Position numbers and translations under genes: made by a program. A model generated the notes under the pieces. That model searched no databases and was not told the DNA's origin. It was given only the letters and a program-made list of their open reading frames with translations. A DNA stretch of 64,000 nucleotides, from NCBI GenBank assembly GCA_965178125.1, contig OZ237739.1, positions 248,001-312,000 on the forward strand, read 5' to 3'. The stretch is from Bilabrum cf. latius (Eukaryota). Positions 49,319 through 59,400 of this stretch are shown piece after piece; within the stretch, counting starts at the first letter, position 1; the number at the start of each line of letters is the position of its first letter.

Positions 49319-49494
49319 CAAAAATTACCCAATCTCCGCCCCTCTCCTGAACACAGAGAGGGTATGCGCGTCATCGCAAGCAATCCGTTGGCTTGGTCGC
49401 ACCTTCCCGGTCGCAACCGCCATCGGAACGCAACGAGACGTTCACGCGCTCCCACTCTGGCATCAACACCGAACCCCATCCGGCGTTAGGATCA
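49319..49494 (-). repeat. Ngaro 5' A1 repeat
   Basis: Identical to 42991-43166. Confidence 0.95.
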
Positions 49495-49768
49495 CAATAG
49501 CGACAAGATTTCCGAATAGAAAAAACGATACCGCCAAGCCAACCGCGATCAAATTCTAGAGCAGAAAAAATAGTACCGCAAAACCAATCGCGATAAGATT
49601 AACGAGCGACAGCGCGAGAAGATCACTTGCGAATGTGGAGCTGTTGTTTGTCGTACTAACATAGTAAGACATCGCCGATCCCAACAACACCAGCAACAGC
49701 TCGAACAGCAATCCAAAGCAAAACCCAAAATCAAAATCAAAATCAGAATCTGTACCAAGAGCGAGTAA
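49495..49768 (+). pseudogene. GIY-YIG endonuclease copy 2, 3' part
   Basis: NSDKISEQKKRY...KITCECGAVVCR..H....H...KIKIKI, matching the C-terminus of copy 1. Confidence 0.85.
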
Positions 49769-49869
49769 ATTGGTAGGGATTTAATCGTAAATCACGCATT
49801 CTCTGTGTAAGTACATAGAGAATATCTAAGCTTTGTATTGCTCTCTAGTAATCCAATATATTTAGTATA

Positions 49870-50135
49870 TTATAAGTGTGTTCTCAGTTTTTTTGAGTTG
49901 TTCTAAGTTTGTTCTAAGTTATGTTCCATAATTTAAAAGAAATTAAAAGAAATGTTCCATGTTTCCATGTTTTTTCTGACAACCACAGATATTATGATAA
50001 TTTTGAAAATGGAGAGAAATGTGAAATGAAATATTGAGAGAGATTGTGAAAAAAACATGGAACACAGAACATCCGTATTAAATCCGTACTAAACCAAGTA
50101 AAAAGTGAGACACAAAATGTGGAACTCTTTTAAAT
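49870..50135 (-). repeat. Subterminal diverged inverted repeat, partner of 18636-18910
   Basis: Reverse-complement similarity, for example gtattaaatccgtactaaaccaagtaaaaa and gagacacaaaatgtggaactctttt. Confidence 0.85.
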
Positions 50136-51362
50136 TTCAAGTAAATCCATGATTGCTTTGTATTGATCTCTAGATAACCCTTTGTAATTGATTTGTAGGT
50201 TGTACAACCCATCTTGTTTAGATAAGAGAACCGAAGGTTCAGGTGGAGTAGGTTTGTTAGGAGATTGAGTTTTCATTTTTTCATCGCTTTCAATCTCGAT
50301 CACAGGTAGAGTGGATTGTTTGTTATGTTTAGGTTTAATAGGCTTAAGTATAGGTTCAGGCGATTTTATTTCCACTATAGGTAGTGAGATCTGCTTGGAT
50401 TTGATCTTGATCTTGGGTTTAGGTTTAGGTGATTTCAATCCCAGTACAGGTAGATCGCATCCATCTAGATGCTCCTATTCCTCACTGGTTCTGTACTCTT
50501 GGTAGTAGGTTTTCTGGGTTTTCTTAGAATGCCCCATGGCACTGCACAGTGCCTTGCGTTCCTCAATGGATAGACCACGTGCCATTTGACTGCTCCAGAT
50601 TTTGCGGATATTTTGGGGTGAAACGTAGCACTCCAACCATTTCAGGCTGTAAGGTTTAACCAATCGACTGGTGAAATTCTTTGCACCGCTATTCCACAAG
50701 GGCGTATCATCGGATAGTAGACTGGCAATCTCCACCACTCGATCGTTGATGGGCATATCTCGCTCCTAGGATGTGCCAATGACCACCCCCTTGTCGCTGC
50801 CCACCACCAGCACCTTGCGATCGAGATCGATTCGATTGGGGAAAGATGGATCTGTGCTGATAACTAATTGGCACAGAGCAGATGGTCTGATTGGAGATAT
50901 GTAGTAGAGTATGGTTAGAAACAAGAGTGCCACCTGCTCGGGCTGCTTGAGCCCAGTGGCATCCACAGCACCTAACCGCTCTTGAGCCTGCTAAAGGGTG
51001 AGAGGCAGATCCTTTTTGGGTTGCTCTTCGCGATCTGATTGAAACTTGAGCGCCCATTCGCCTTTGGTTTTGCATAGCAGGTGAAAGCGCTCGCTCTGGC
51101 AGCCTTGGCATCCGAGGTAGGCTGTTAGGTGGTGCAGGGCGTAGTAGCATCGCATCGAAGCATAGGTGCTGTTGAGTTGTTTCATGGCGGTATCAATTTG
51201 TTCTTGGGATAGAGGGGCGTCCTGGTTGCATCCAATCTTTTGGAGTAGGGCGCGGAGAACGGTGTTGCACTCGCGATGGTAGTTGCCCAAGGTTTTGGGA
51301 TTGTGGTACTGTGTGGCTAACCATGCCTTGATTTCTTGTACTAGTGTATTAGTAGAACTCAT
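50130..51362 (-). CDS. Virophage tyrosine recombinase / possible telomere-resolvase-like protein, 410 aa
   Basis: Four track ORFs join in one frame via TAG. Catalytic pattern PIRP (R), SDKG (K), NIRKIWS (R) and MGHSKKTQKTYY (H, Y). Confidence 0.75.
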
Positions 51363-51824
51363 ATACTATAATAATGGTAGAAAAAAGGTTTCAATTTTAT
51401 GAAATGTAAAAATGTTAAGGTTGCAGATTGCACTTGTAGTTGTGAGAAATTTGCGAGGGGTATCACTCGTTAAGGAAAGAGGTTAGAGAGCAGGGCGCAA
51501 CACAATAGGTGGATAGTATAGTAAATGATATAATGGTTTGGGTAGAAGTTTAATTGTAGCTCTTAATCGGCAAGGAGAGGCACGAGGAAATGGTGAGGCA
51601 CCTCCGATCTACAAAGGAAAGTGCTCCGGTCTACATAGGAACGGAGCAATGCCTCACGGTTGATGCCTCACGACCAATTCAGGGGCGAATGGATCAAAGC
51701 ATTAGATCCTTGAACATTATACACATGTGTAAGAGATCAAACCATACTAGTGCTGAGCAGGAAAGGGAGGGCATGGCGGAAAGATCATAAATCAGGGGTG
51801 CAAAGAGAGGTATCGAGGACCTGA

Positions 51825-52127
51825 ACCACGCGCTGCGCACGTGCGCTCCGCGACCGCCCCTCGCCCCGCTTGAAACCCCTAGGAAAGAAATAATATCCAT
51901 TTAGGAATTGCGGAATCCACAGCAACTCGCAGGAGAATCTGTTCGCGCCCAGCAACACTCTCTCCCGATCCATCTCTGCACGTACAGAATAACCCAGTCA
52001 GAAATTTCGACTCTTGTACAATTCATGGAAAGTAATTACTTTTAACAAAAGTAAAATCCCCTATACTCTACTCTCGCAGTCCATATGAAACCCGTAGTAT
52101 ACTACGGGTTTCATATGGACTGCGAGA
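51825..52127 (-). repeat. Right terminal inverted repeat, ending in the same perfect 56-bp palindrome (52072-52127)
   Basis: Reverse complement of 18313-18615. Confidence 0.95.
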
Positions 52128-53496
52128 TGGGTCCCATTCCGGCCAGGAAGGCCCCCTGCAGCAGGGCCTCGGCGGCTGATGCACCCCTTGCTGCAGCGGC
52201 AGGGCACCCTGCCAGAGCACCAGGCTGGCCAAGCACGTCCTCCACGCAGCGCGCCATGGCCTGCACGCCCGCTTGCAGTGCACGCTGGTTGTATTCCTCT
52301 AGCATACCCGTCAGCTTGGTACCCCGCTGGTCGCACTGCTCGATGGCCACCGGCATGTATCGGGCCAGTGCACCGGCCTGCATGGGCACCCCTCCGTGCA
52401 TGACCCTGACGGTCTCATCTTGTAGCCGGGGCAGGAGCACGCGGTCAAGCATTGACTCCAGGCATCGCGCGAAGGCAGCTCGAGTGGCCCGGGCTGCCTC
52501 GGGGTGGGCATCGGCGGAGCCATCCGTGGGTGCGAGCTCGACGGCGGGCAGCAGCTCCACGCTGCCGGACTCGAACACGCGGCGGAAGACCGCCATCTCA
52601 TCATCAGCATCCTCATCTTTGCTTTCCTCATCGATGGTTTTGCTTTCCTCATGCGGGTGCGTGCCTGCGCCGCCCCGCGCAGCACCTGCTGCCTCCTGCC
52701 CATGCACCGCCTCGAAGATCTCGCTCTCATGCAGAGCTTTCTCCTCTGCGCGGGTAGCTGGATCGGTGCTAGCACCTGCTCGAAGCACCACCAGATGTCC
52801 TAGCTTAGGACGTACTGCATCAGCATCATCTGCGGCCCCTTTTGCGGCTTCTTTCGGAGGTGCGCCCCAGAAGTACTCCACCTGCTCCGCAGCTTGGATG
52901 ACCATCTTGCGGGTAGCTCGCTTTACTGGCACCTTGAAGCCAACGTGCATGATGTTCACACACCCTGCAGTCATCAGGCGCGCAGGCAGTGCCATGCGCT
53001 GGTCGTAGTCTCCGCCCCGGTCGCCTTGTCCCTCTGTGTCCACGACCATCACCACCAGGTCAGACTTGCGGTCGAACGCGCCAGCAGGGACGCGAACCAG
53101 GCAAGCGTCGCTTCCCTCAGTGCATGGGTCCGTCTTGTGTCCCACAAGGAAGCAAGATGGTACTTCCTTGTCACTGACCCTGCATCGGTTCCAGCCAGGC
53201 GCGGGCATTTCCTTGACGACGGGACAAAGCTGCACTTTGTCCTACAGGTCAGAGCCGGAGTCGGAGCGAGCCACGCCATTGAGCACCCAGCGCACGATCG
53301 AGTTCATTAGAGTGCTCTTCCCGATACGTGCTGGTCCTTGCACACATACAATGCACACCTGTGTCTCACCTGGGACCGCCTCGAGCGCCTTGACGATGCC
53401 ACCCTCGCAGGACTCGAACCGGAGCTCAGGGCCGGGCTTGCGGCGAGTCCACTGTGCGGCTGCCAGATTAATCAGCATCTTGGAGTCTGTTTGCAT
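52128..53496 (-). pseudogene. 5' part (GTPase domain) of the GBP/atlastin-like gene interrupted by the virophage; start approximate
   Basis: G1 GPARIGKSTLMN, G2 PCTEG, G3 VDTEGQGD; continues in frame at 18312. Confidence 0.82.
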
Positions 53497-53848
53497 GGCT
53501 TGGGAGCTTGTTGGACCTTTGAGATGTAGTTTGAGTGTGTGTTGCTGCACTCAGCACCCAGCTACCCACTAGACTAGCCACTGGCAAATGCTATACCGGA
53601 AGTGGAATTCCGGATCCGGATTGCCATATCCGTGGCCGAACCCGTGGCACCAAACAATCACACAACCACCTGCCATTCAGTCAACAAAGAGGGTCCGATC
53701 GCCATGGGAGAAGCCGCAGCAGTAAGTCTATAAACTTAATTGTAGCGATATCGTGCTACAAGTGATTGAATTTGTCGATTTCTAGAATTTCGACGGGATT
53801 GTCCGGGTGACCGAAAAAGTATGTCCACCTTGCTGTCCACGTGACCTT

Positions 53849-56284
53849 ATGCTAACGCAGGCAGCTTTAACTTCTGTACGGCTGGGTACTGTGCCTCTGT
53901 ATGGAATCAACCTGGAGTCACGCAAGTTTGAGGCCACGCAGCCCGAGAGGCTCCGAGCTACTTTACGATTGGGTAGCACGCGAGCCTTGTCCGTGATCAC
54001 CATCGTGGTGCATGGCGATGCTAGGACCGGAAAGAGCATGATGCTGAACCACGTCGTGAAATCCATTCTGCTTCGGGCTTTCGGGAGCTTGGACGCTGTT
54101 CGGCTGCAGCAGCTGCATCCAGACGTGCCCCCTGTCCGCATCGGCGAGTGCCCGGCGTCCGGCGAGCAAGTGCCGCTTGCGTTCGAAGTCGGGCACGGCG
54201 CCAGACCATGCACGAAAGGTGGCAAAGGATGCTTCATTCACCTCCCGCGAGGCGCGCTCGGTCGATCAGAGGAATGCGTTGTCGCCGTCATCGACTCTGA
54301 GGGCACCGGGGACTAGGACGAGGCGCACGACGCGAAGGTCATCCTGCCTGGGCTGGCCCTGTGCAGCCGCGGCGTGTTCATGGCCAACATGAAGAACCCG
54401 CCCATGAAGAGCAAAGTCCTCGATACCATCAAGCAGATCCTGGATGCCGCACTTATCGTGGGCAGGGGCCGCAGGATGGACCAGCAAGCAGCTGGTGCTG
54501 CCGGAACTGCGGCACAAGGGGGGGCCGCAGCGGGTGACCGTGCCGCAGCCAGCAACGATCGGTCCACCTTTGTGCTTGTGGCTCGTGATATGTCGCTAGA
54601 GCCCACACAGACGATCGAGGAGGCGGAAGAGGCCCTCATGAGGCCAGAGCACGAGGACCTCTTCGGGGGTCACGAAGCCGATGCAGCCAAGCAGAGGAAC
54701 CGAGCCAGGTCCATGATCCGTGAGACGTTCGCGCAGTGCAAGCAGGCGCGTATTCCTCCTCCAAGCGTGGCTGGTCTGCGTCCCGGCCAGGAGTACCCCA
54801 AGGACTTCTCTGCCGCCCTCGATGCCATCGGTGCCATGGTGGGTCGCAACGTGATCCCGGTTCTGCAGGACGAGACACCAAGGTGCCTGCTGGGCAATCC
54901 TGACATGCCTTGCGATACGCAGCACTACGGCGCAGTGATGGCTGCAGTGGTACAGCAGGCCAACGATGCCACGGACGCACTCCGCCCCATGGGCATCCTC
55001 GAGACCATGAAGGCACAGGCAGGGGCAGCGGCGGCCAAGCAGCTGTGCGAGGCTGTCGAGCGAGCGCTCGTGGCACTCAACGGACCTGTCCGCATGGACT
55101 GCACGGCATCGCCGGGGACAGCAACCCACGCCATGGCTGCTCTGCAGGACCGTGCAGTGCAGGTGGCTCTCGAGACCATGCGGGCGTCCTATCGATTGGC
55201 CTCGGAGGAGGACGCGCGAGCTCTGGTGACTGCAGATGGTGGTGATGTGGCCGAGTCAATCCACAACTTGAAAGAGGCGATGCTCAGCAAAGCCCGGGAC
55301 AGGCAGACACTGTTGCTGCAGTCTGTGTGCACGATTCTGCGTGGGGAGGCAGACAACGCAAGGCATCACCAGCTAATGCAGCTGGAGCTCAAGCTGCAGG
55401 AGACCATGAGCAACACCGACGGAGAAGATGCGAGCGATCCTGATGCCGTGATTACGTCTCGAAAGATGCGGGTGGTCCATCTGGAGGAGCTGCAAGAAGA
55501 GCTACGCGGTGTCACGATTGCGAGGGAGGTGGCAAGGGGGACGCATGCCGTGTGCGTGCAGCTGCTGGCAGATGCCGAGGGCCAGCTCCGTGGAGTTGCA
55601 GGCGATAATGGTCATGCAGCTGCTTGCAGTAATACCTTCACAATGGTACGGCACCAGGCCTGCTAGTAGCTGTGCAGCGTGGCACTGGATGGGGCTGCGG
55701 TCCACGAGGCTGATGCTGGCGCAGGGGCAGACGCAGCAGCTGGCGGTGCTGCAGCCGGTGGCGCTGCTGAGGCCGCTGCGGGTGGCTTTGCCAGTGCTGT
55801 GCCGAGCCTGTAGCCCATGGTTCAGATGCTGCTGGCCATGGACTGTCTCTCCGTTGACGGGGATGGAACAGTGCAGGCCGATCCCGCCGACGTGTCCGGC
55901 ATCCTGACCAAGGTGGTGGACGAGAACGAGGGCATCGACGCAGTCTGCGAGCACGCAGAGTCTGACATGGATCGATTCATGAGGCAGCTGAGCACGCAGG
56001 TCACCGCGGCGAAGCGCAGCGTAGCGGATGCCGAGCACTTCAAGGACAACAGAGAGAGGCTTGAGCAGAGCATCCGTCAGCAGCAGGAGGATGCAGCACA
56101 GTTTCAGCGGGAGCACGAAAGGCGCATGCAGGAGTCCAAAGAGGCTTACGACAAGATGCAGGCCGAAATGGCGAAACAGGACAGGGAGTTCCAGCAGTAC
56201 CGGCAACGCATGCATGCGGAAATTGCGGCACTTCGAGCAGCAGCCAACAAGAAGAAGAAGAAGCCTTGGTGGCGACGCTGGTGA
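53849..56284 (+). CDS. GBP/atlastin-like large GTPase with a coiled-coil C-terminus and basic/aromatic tail (KKKKKPWWRRW)
   Basis: G1 GDARTGKS, PCTKG, G3 IDSEGTGD and LVARD; three track ORFs join via TAG. Confidence 0.82.
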
Positions 56285-56492
56285 CTAGTGCTTACTCCTC
56301 TACAGTCAATACCTTCGCATGGAGAGGGAGATCAGCCGGCTCCGGGCCGAGGCGGCAAGCAGGAGAGGTGGCAGAAGGTGCATCATCTCTTAAGCATACA
56401 AGAAAAGCGTCTAAAAGTAATAGATCCACCGTTAAGTGCATGCAAGGTCTGAACAGCCGATCCTACGTCGAACACGGTCCGCTGAATTCATC

Positions 56493-59400
56493 TCAATCAG
56501 CCTCTTCACCCTCTCCCTCATCCTCCTCCTTGACAGCATACAGGTCAATCTCGCCCGATTCTCCCGCTTCCAGCGTGTCAAACCCCACGGACGTCGTCCC
56601 AAAGCCCCGCAGCGCCCCACCGCGCACCCGCACGTCCGTCGACTCCACCGCGCTGTCCTGCGACCCGGACAGCCTGCTGTCGATCGTGGTGGACGGTCTC
56701 GTCAGCGCGTTCCGCTGCCTCTCTAGCCGCTCAGCCAGGCTGCGCACGGGAGCCGCACCTCCCTACCCTGGGGACCCGAGGCCAGCCAGGCCCTACGCCC
56801 CATCAGCGTCCTGCATCACCGCATCTGCGATCCTGTCTCCCTCTCCGTCGCTATCCTCGTCGTCCCCTGACGACGACATGCTAGACCCGCTGTTCGAGGC
56901 ATCCCCAGACCTCCTCCTGTTCCGCTTGCTGCCCCCGCTGCCGCGCCCTGCTAGCCCCCCGTGCTTGATGGCGTGGTCGTCCTGCACCATGAACCCATCG
57001 TCCTGCAGGCCTTCCACCGTCAGGTTGTGCACGTCTCTCGGGCTCTAAGCAGACAGGTTGCTGCTCTGCCTCATACCCGACGGCGTTTCGTTGCTACCCC
57101 CGAGCCCGAGGTCTTCGAGACCCACGCCGTCCTGGCTCTGGCTCTCGCCTGTGCCACCGCTGCTCGGTTCTGGCACGGGCTCGATCTCCTCCTCGTCCTC
57201 GCTGGGGACGTAGTCCGACAGCCTCATCTAATCGAAGTACCCCACGTCCATGTCGTCCTCTATGTCGGGCACGAAGGGACCATCCTCCGCGAAGAGAGTC
57301 TCCCAGTTGACGCCGTTCTTCCGGAAGAATGGATGCGACATGATGTCGTGGTAGCCTCTCTCCACCCCGCCGTGACCCAGCCTCTTCCTGCGATTCACCT
57401 GCAGCAGCTTCTGTATCAGGTCGACTGCCTCGGGCGAGCACCCGTGCCTCCTCGGCCACAGGATTCGGCCCCTGGCGATGTTCTAGAAGGTGAGCATCTT
57501 TGACTAGGGGTTTTTGAACGGCTGGTACCCAAACAGGAGCTCGAAGACGATCACCCCGAGGCTCCAAAGGTCGACCTCGTACGAATGCGCCATCCGCCTC
57601 GACAGCACTTCGGGGGCGATGTAGTTGGTGGTACCGATGGGGCTGTATCTCAGCTGCCTCGCCCCGAGCCCGTGCCCCGCAGGCCGGGCAGAGGCAGGTC
57701 CCATCGTGGGCGCCTCCTCGTACGCAGTGGCCTCGTCCTCGCGCCGCAGGGCCCTCCAACCGGCGGACTATCCTTCTATCCCAAGCCTCGCCCTCGCCCT
57801 GGCGGCTCTGTCAACACTGGAGGCGGCTGTTCCCCCTTGCGTGTCCACGGGCTCTGCATGGTCGCCGGGGGACGGGGCGGAGCTCTGCGTGTTGGCCTAG
57901 CTGTCTGGGGGAGTCTCCTCGGTGGGAGTGCGAGCCGCATGCGAATCCTTGCTCGTGTTGGAACCCTCGGGGGTCCGCTCGCTCCGACTGGTAACGGTGC
58001 GCGCTGCAGAGGGCTCGCCTAGGCGGTCGCCCTCCGCATCGTTACCGCCAGCACCGGCGCCTGTGTCCAAGTCGGAATCCTTGGCCACCTGCTTCACGTA
58101 GTCGTCCAGGGCTGATTGCGCCAGCTCCACCAGCCCAGCATCTCCGCCGCGTGCAGGCAGAGAGTGCGCCCTCCGGCGCCCGCCAGACGCAGCTCCGAAG
58201 CCTCCGCCCTAGCCGATTGCAGCAAACCCAGCCCCGGGACCCGCAGCCTCAACCGCCTTGCCTGACTCAGCCCCGCCGGCAGGGTCCTTACCCTGCTCCC
58301 CGTCCCGCCCTAGCGACGTAAACTTCCTAGGCATTGAGGCCCGCAGGGCGTCAACGGTGCTTGCTCTAGGCAGCACCTTCGGCCGCCTGCTCCCCGCCAC
58401 TGCCTGCCAACGCTGCACGCTGGACATGGACATATTTCTAACGCCATCATCAATCCCAGAACTGCTCCTGCTGCGGCTGCGGGAGCCTTCTGAAGTGCCC
58501 AGGGGCGCAGAGGCTCTAGCAGCACCAGCCCGCCCCATGCGACTCGATGGTAGAGCCTAAGCCCCGGTGGGAGCTGGGGCGGCAGCTGTCGCCTGGAGGG
58601 CCGCACCCGGCCTCCGAGCATGCGCGGGAGACAAGCTGGGCAGTGCTGCGCCGTCGTCCCGACCAGCAACCTGTGCCTGACCGCTAGTGCCCGCATCGTG
58701 CACAAACACAGCATCGTCTGCCGGACTCTCCTCGATGCTCGAAAACACCTCCCGCACCTCTGGGGTCGGGTCGGCGTGCCTGCTCAGAGTACCCAGCTGG
58801 CCCGGCTGCTTGAATGCGAGGCGCCTCCCGTCCCCCCTGGGGCCCTTCTGCAGGCCGGGGCCCATCGGTCCAAGGAGCCCGCCCTCTGGCATGCCTATGT
58901 CAACCTCCGATTCGTTGCTGGAGCTGCCCACTGAGCCCCCGCTGCCGTCCCTGTCGTGGATCTGCACGCTCGGTTTGACACCCATCAGATTCCTGATCGC
59001 AAGCACGCGGTTCGGCCTTGGAGATGTCGTCTGGCCGCGCGAGGAGGCCTAGCTGTCGCCCCCGGGCTGCACCCTTGCAATCAGGCCGCGCGAGCCGAGG
59101 CTGATGGACGGGAGCGCACCGGTTGCAAGCAGCCCGCGGGATGGCGAGTCGCCATCGCCAGCCTCGGCCAGGAGCCCGCCGCCCGTGCGAGTGAGGAGGA
59201 GGCCGCTTCCGGACCCAGCTCTCACCCTCGGCGCGCTCGTGGCTCGCTCCAGGCCACTGCGACTGGCCCCGGCCAGCACCCCAAGGTCACCCCCGCTCTC
59301 CTCCCTGTCGCGCCCGGATGTGGCCCTTGGTCTGGCAGCACTTGCAGCAGCGCCAGCGCCAGCGCGGCCCTCGCGAGGACTGGCTTCTTTCTTCCTGCTC

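Larger units (their letters stand above)
42835..49494 (-). mobile_element. Ngaro-type tyrosine-recombinase retrotransposon, 6660 bp, A1-ORFs-B1-A2-B2, no TSD
   Basis: GC-rich island. The 176-bp A repeats are at 49319-49494 and 42991-43166; the 130-bp B repeats are at 43167-43296 and 42835-42964. Encodes RT, RNase H and YR. Confidence 0.93.
18313..52127. mobile_element. Endogenous virophage (Lavidaviridae-like), 33,815 bp including a nested 6.66-kb Ngaro element; 5-bp TSD TGGGT (18308-18312 and 52128-52132)
   Basis: Abrupt shift to AT-rich sequence, TIRs and a TSD. Carries the four virophage core genes (protease, penton, MCP, ATPase) plus an rve integrase and TVpol-helicase. Confidence 0.93.

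Noticed and set aside
18940-51362. Virophage genes as pseudogenes riddled with premature stops
   Set aside because: The interruptions are TAG, keep frame and fall on conserved Gln positions. I saw no frameshifts or internal TAA/TGA.
51590-51790. 66-aa ORF between the YR gene and the right TIR
   Set aside because: No motif or typical upstream signal; it cannot be supported.
18313-52127. Bacterial prophage, contaminant or canonical Polinton/Maverick
   Set aside because: Precise TSD within a eukaryotic gene, shared genetic code and virophage-type morphogenesis genes. No protein-primed PolB was recognised.
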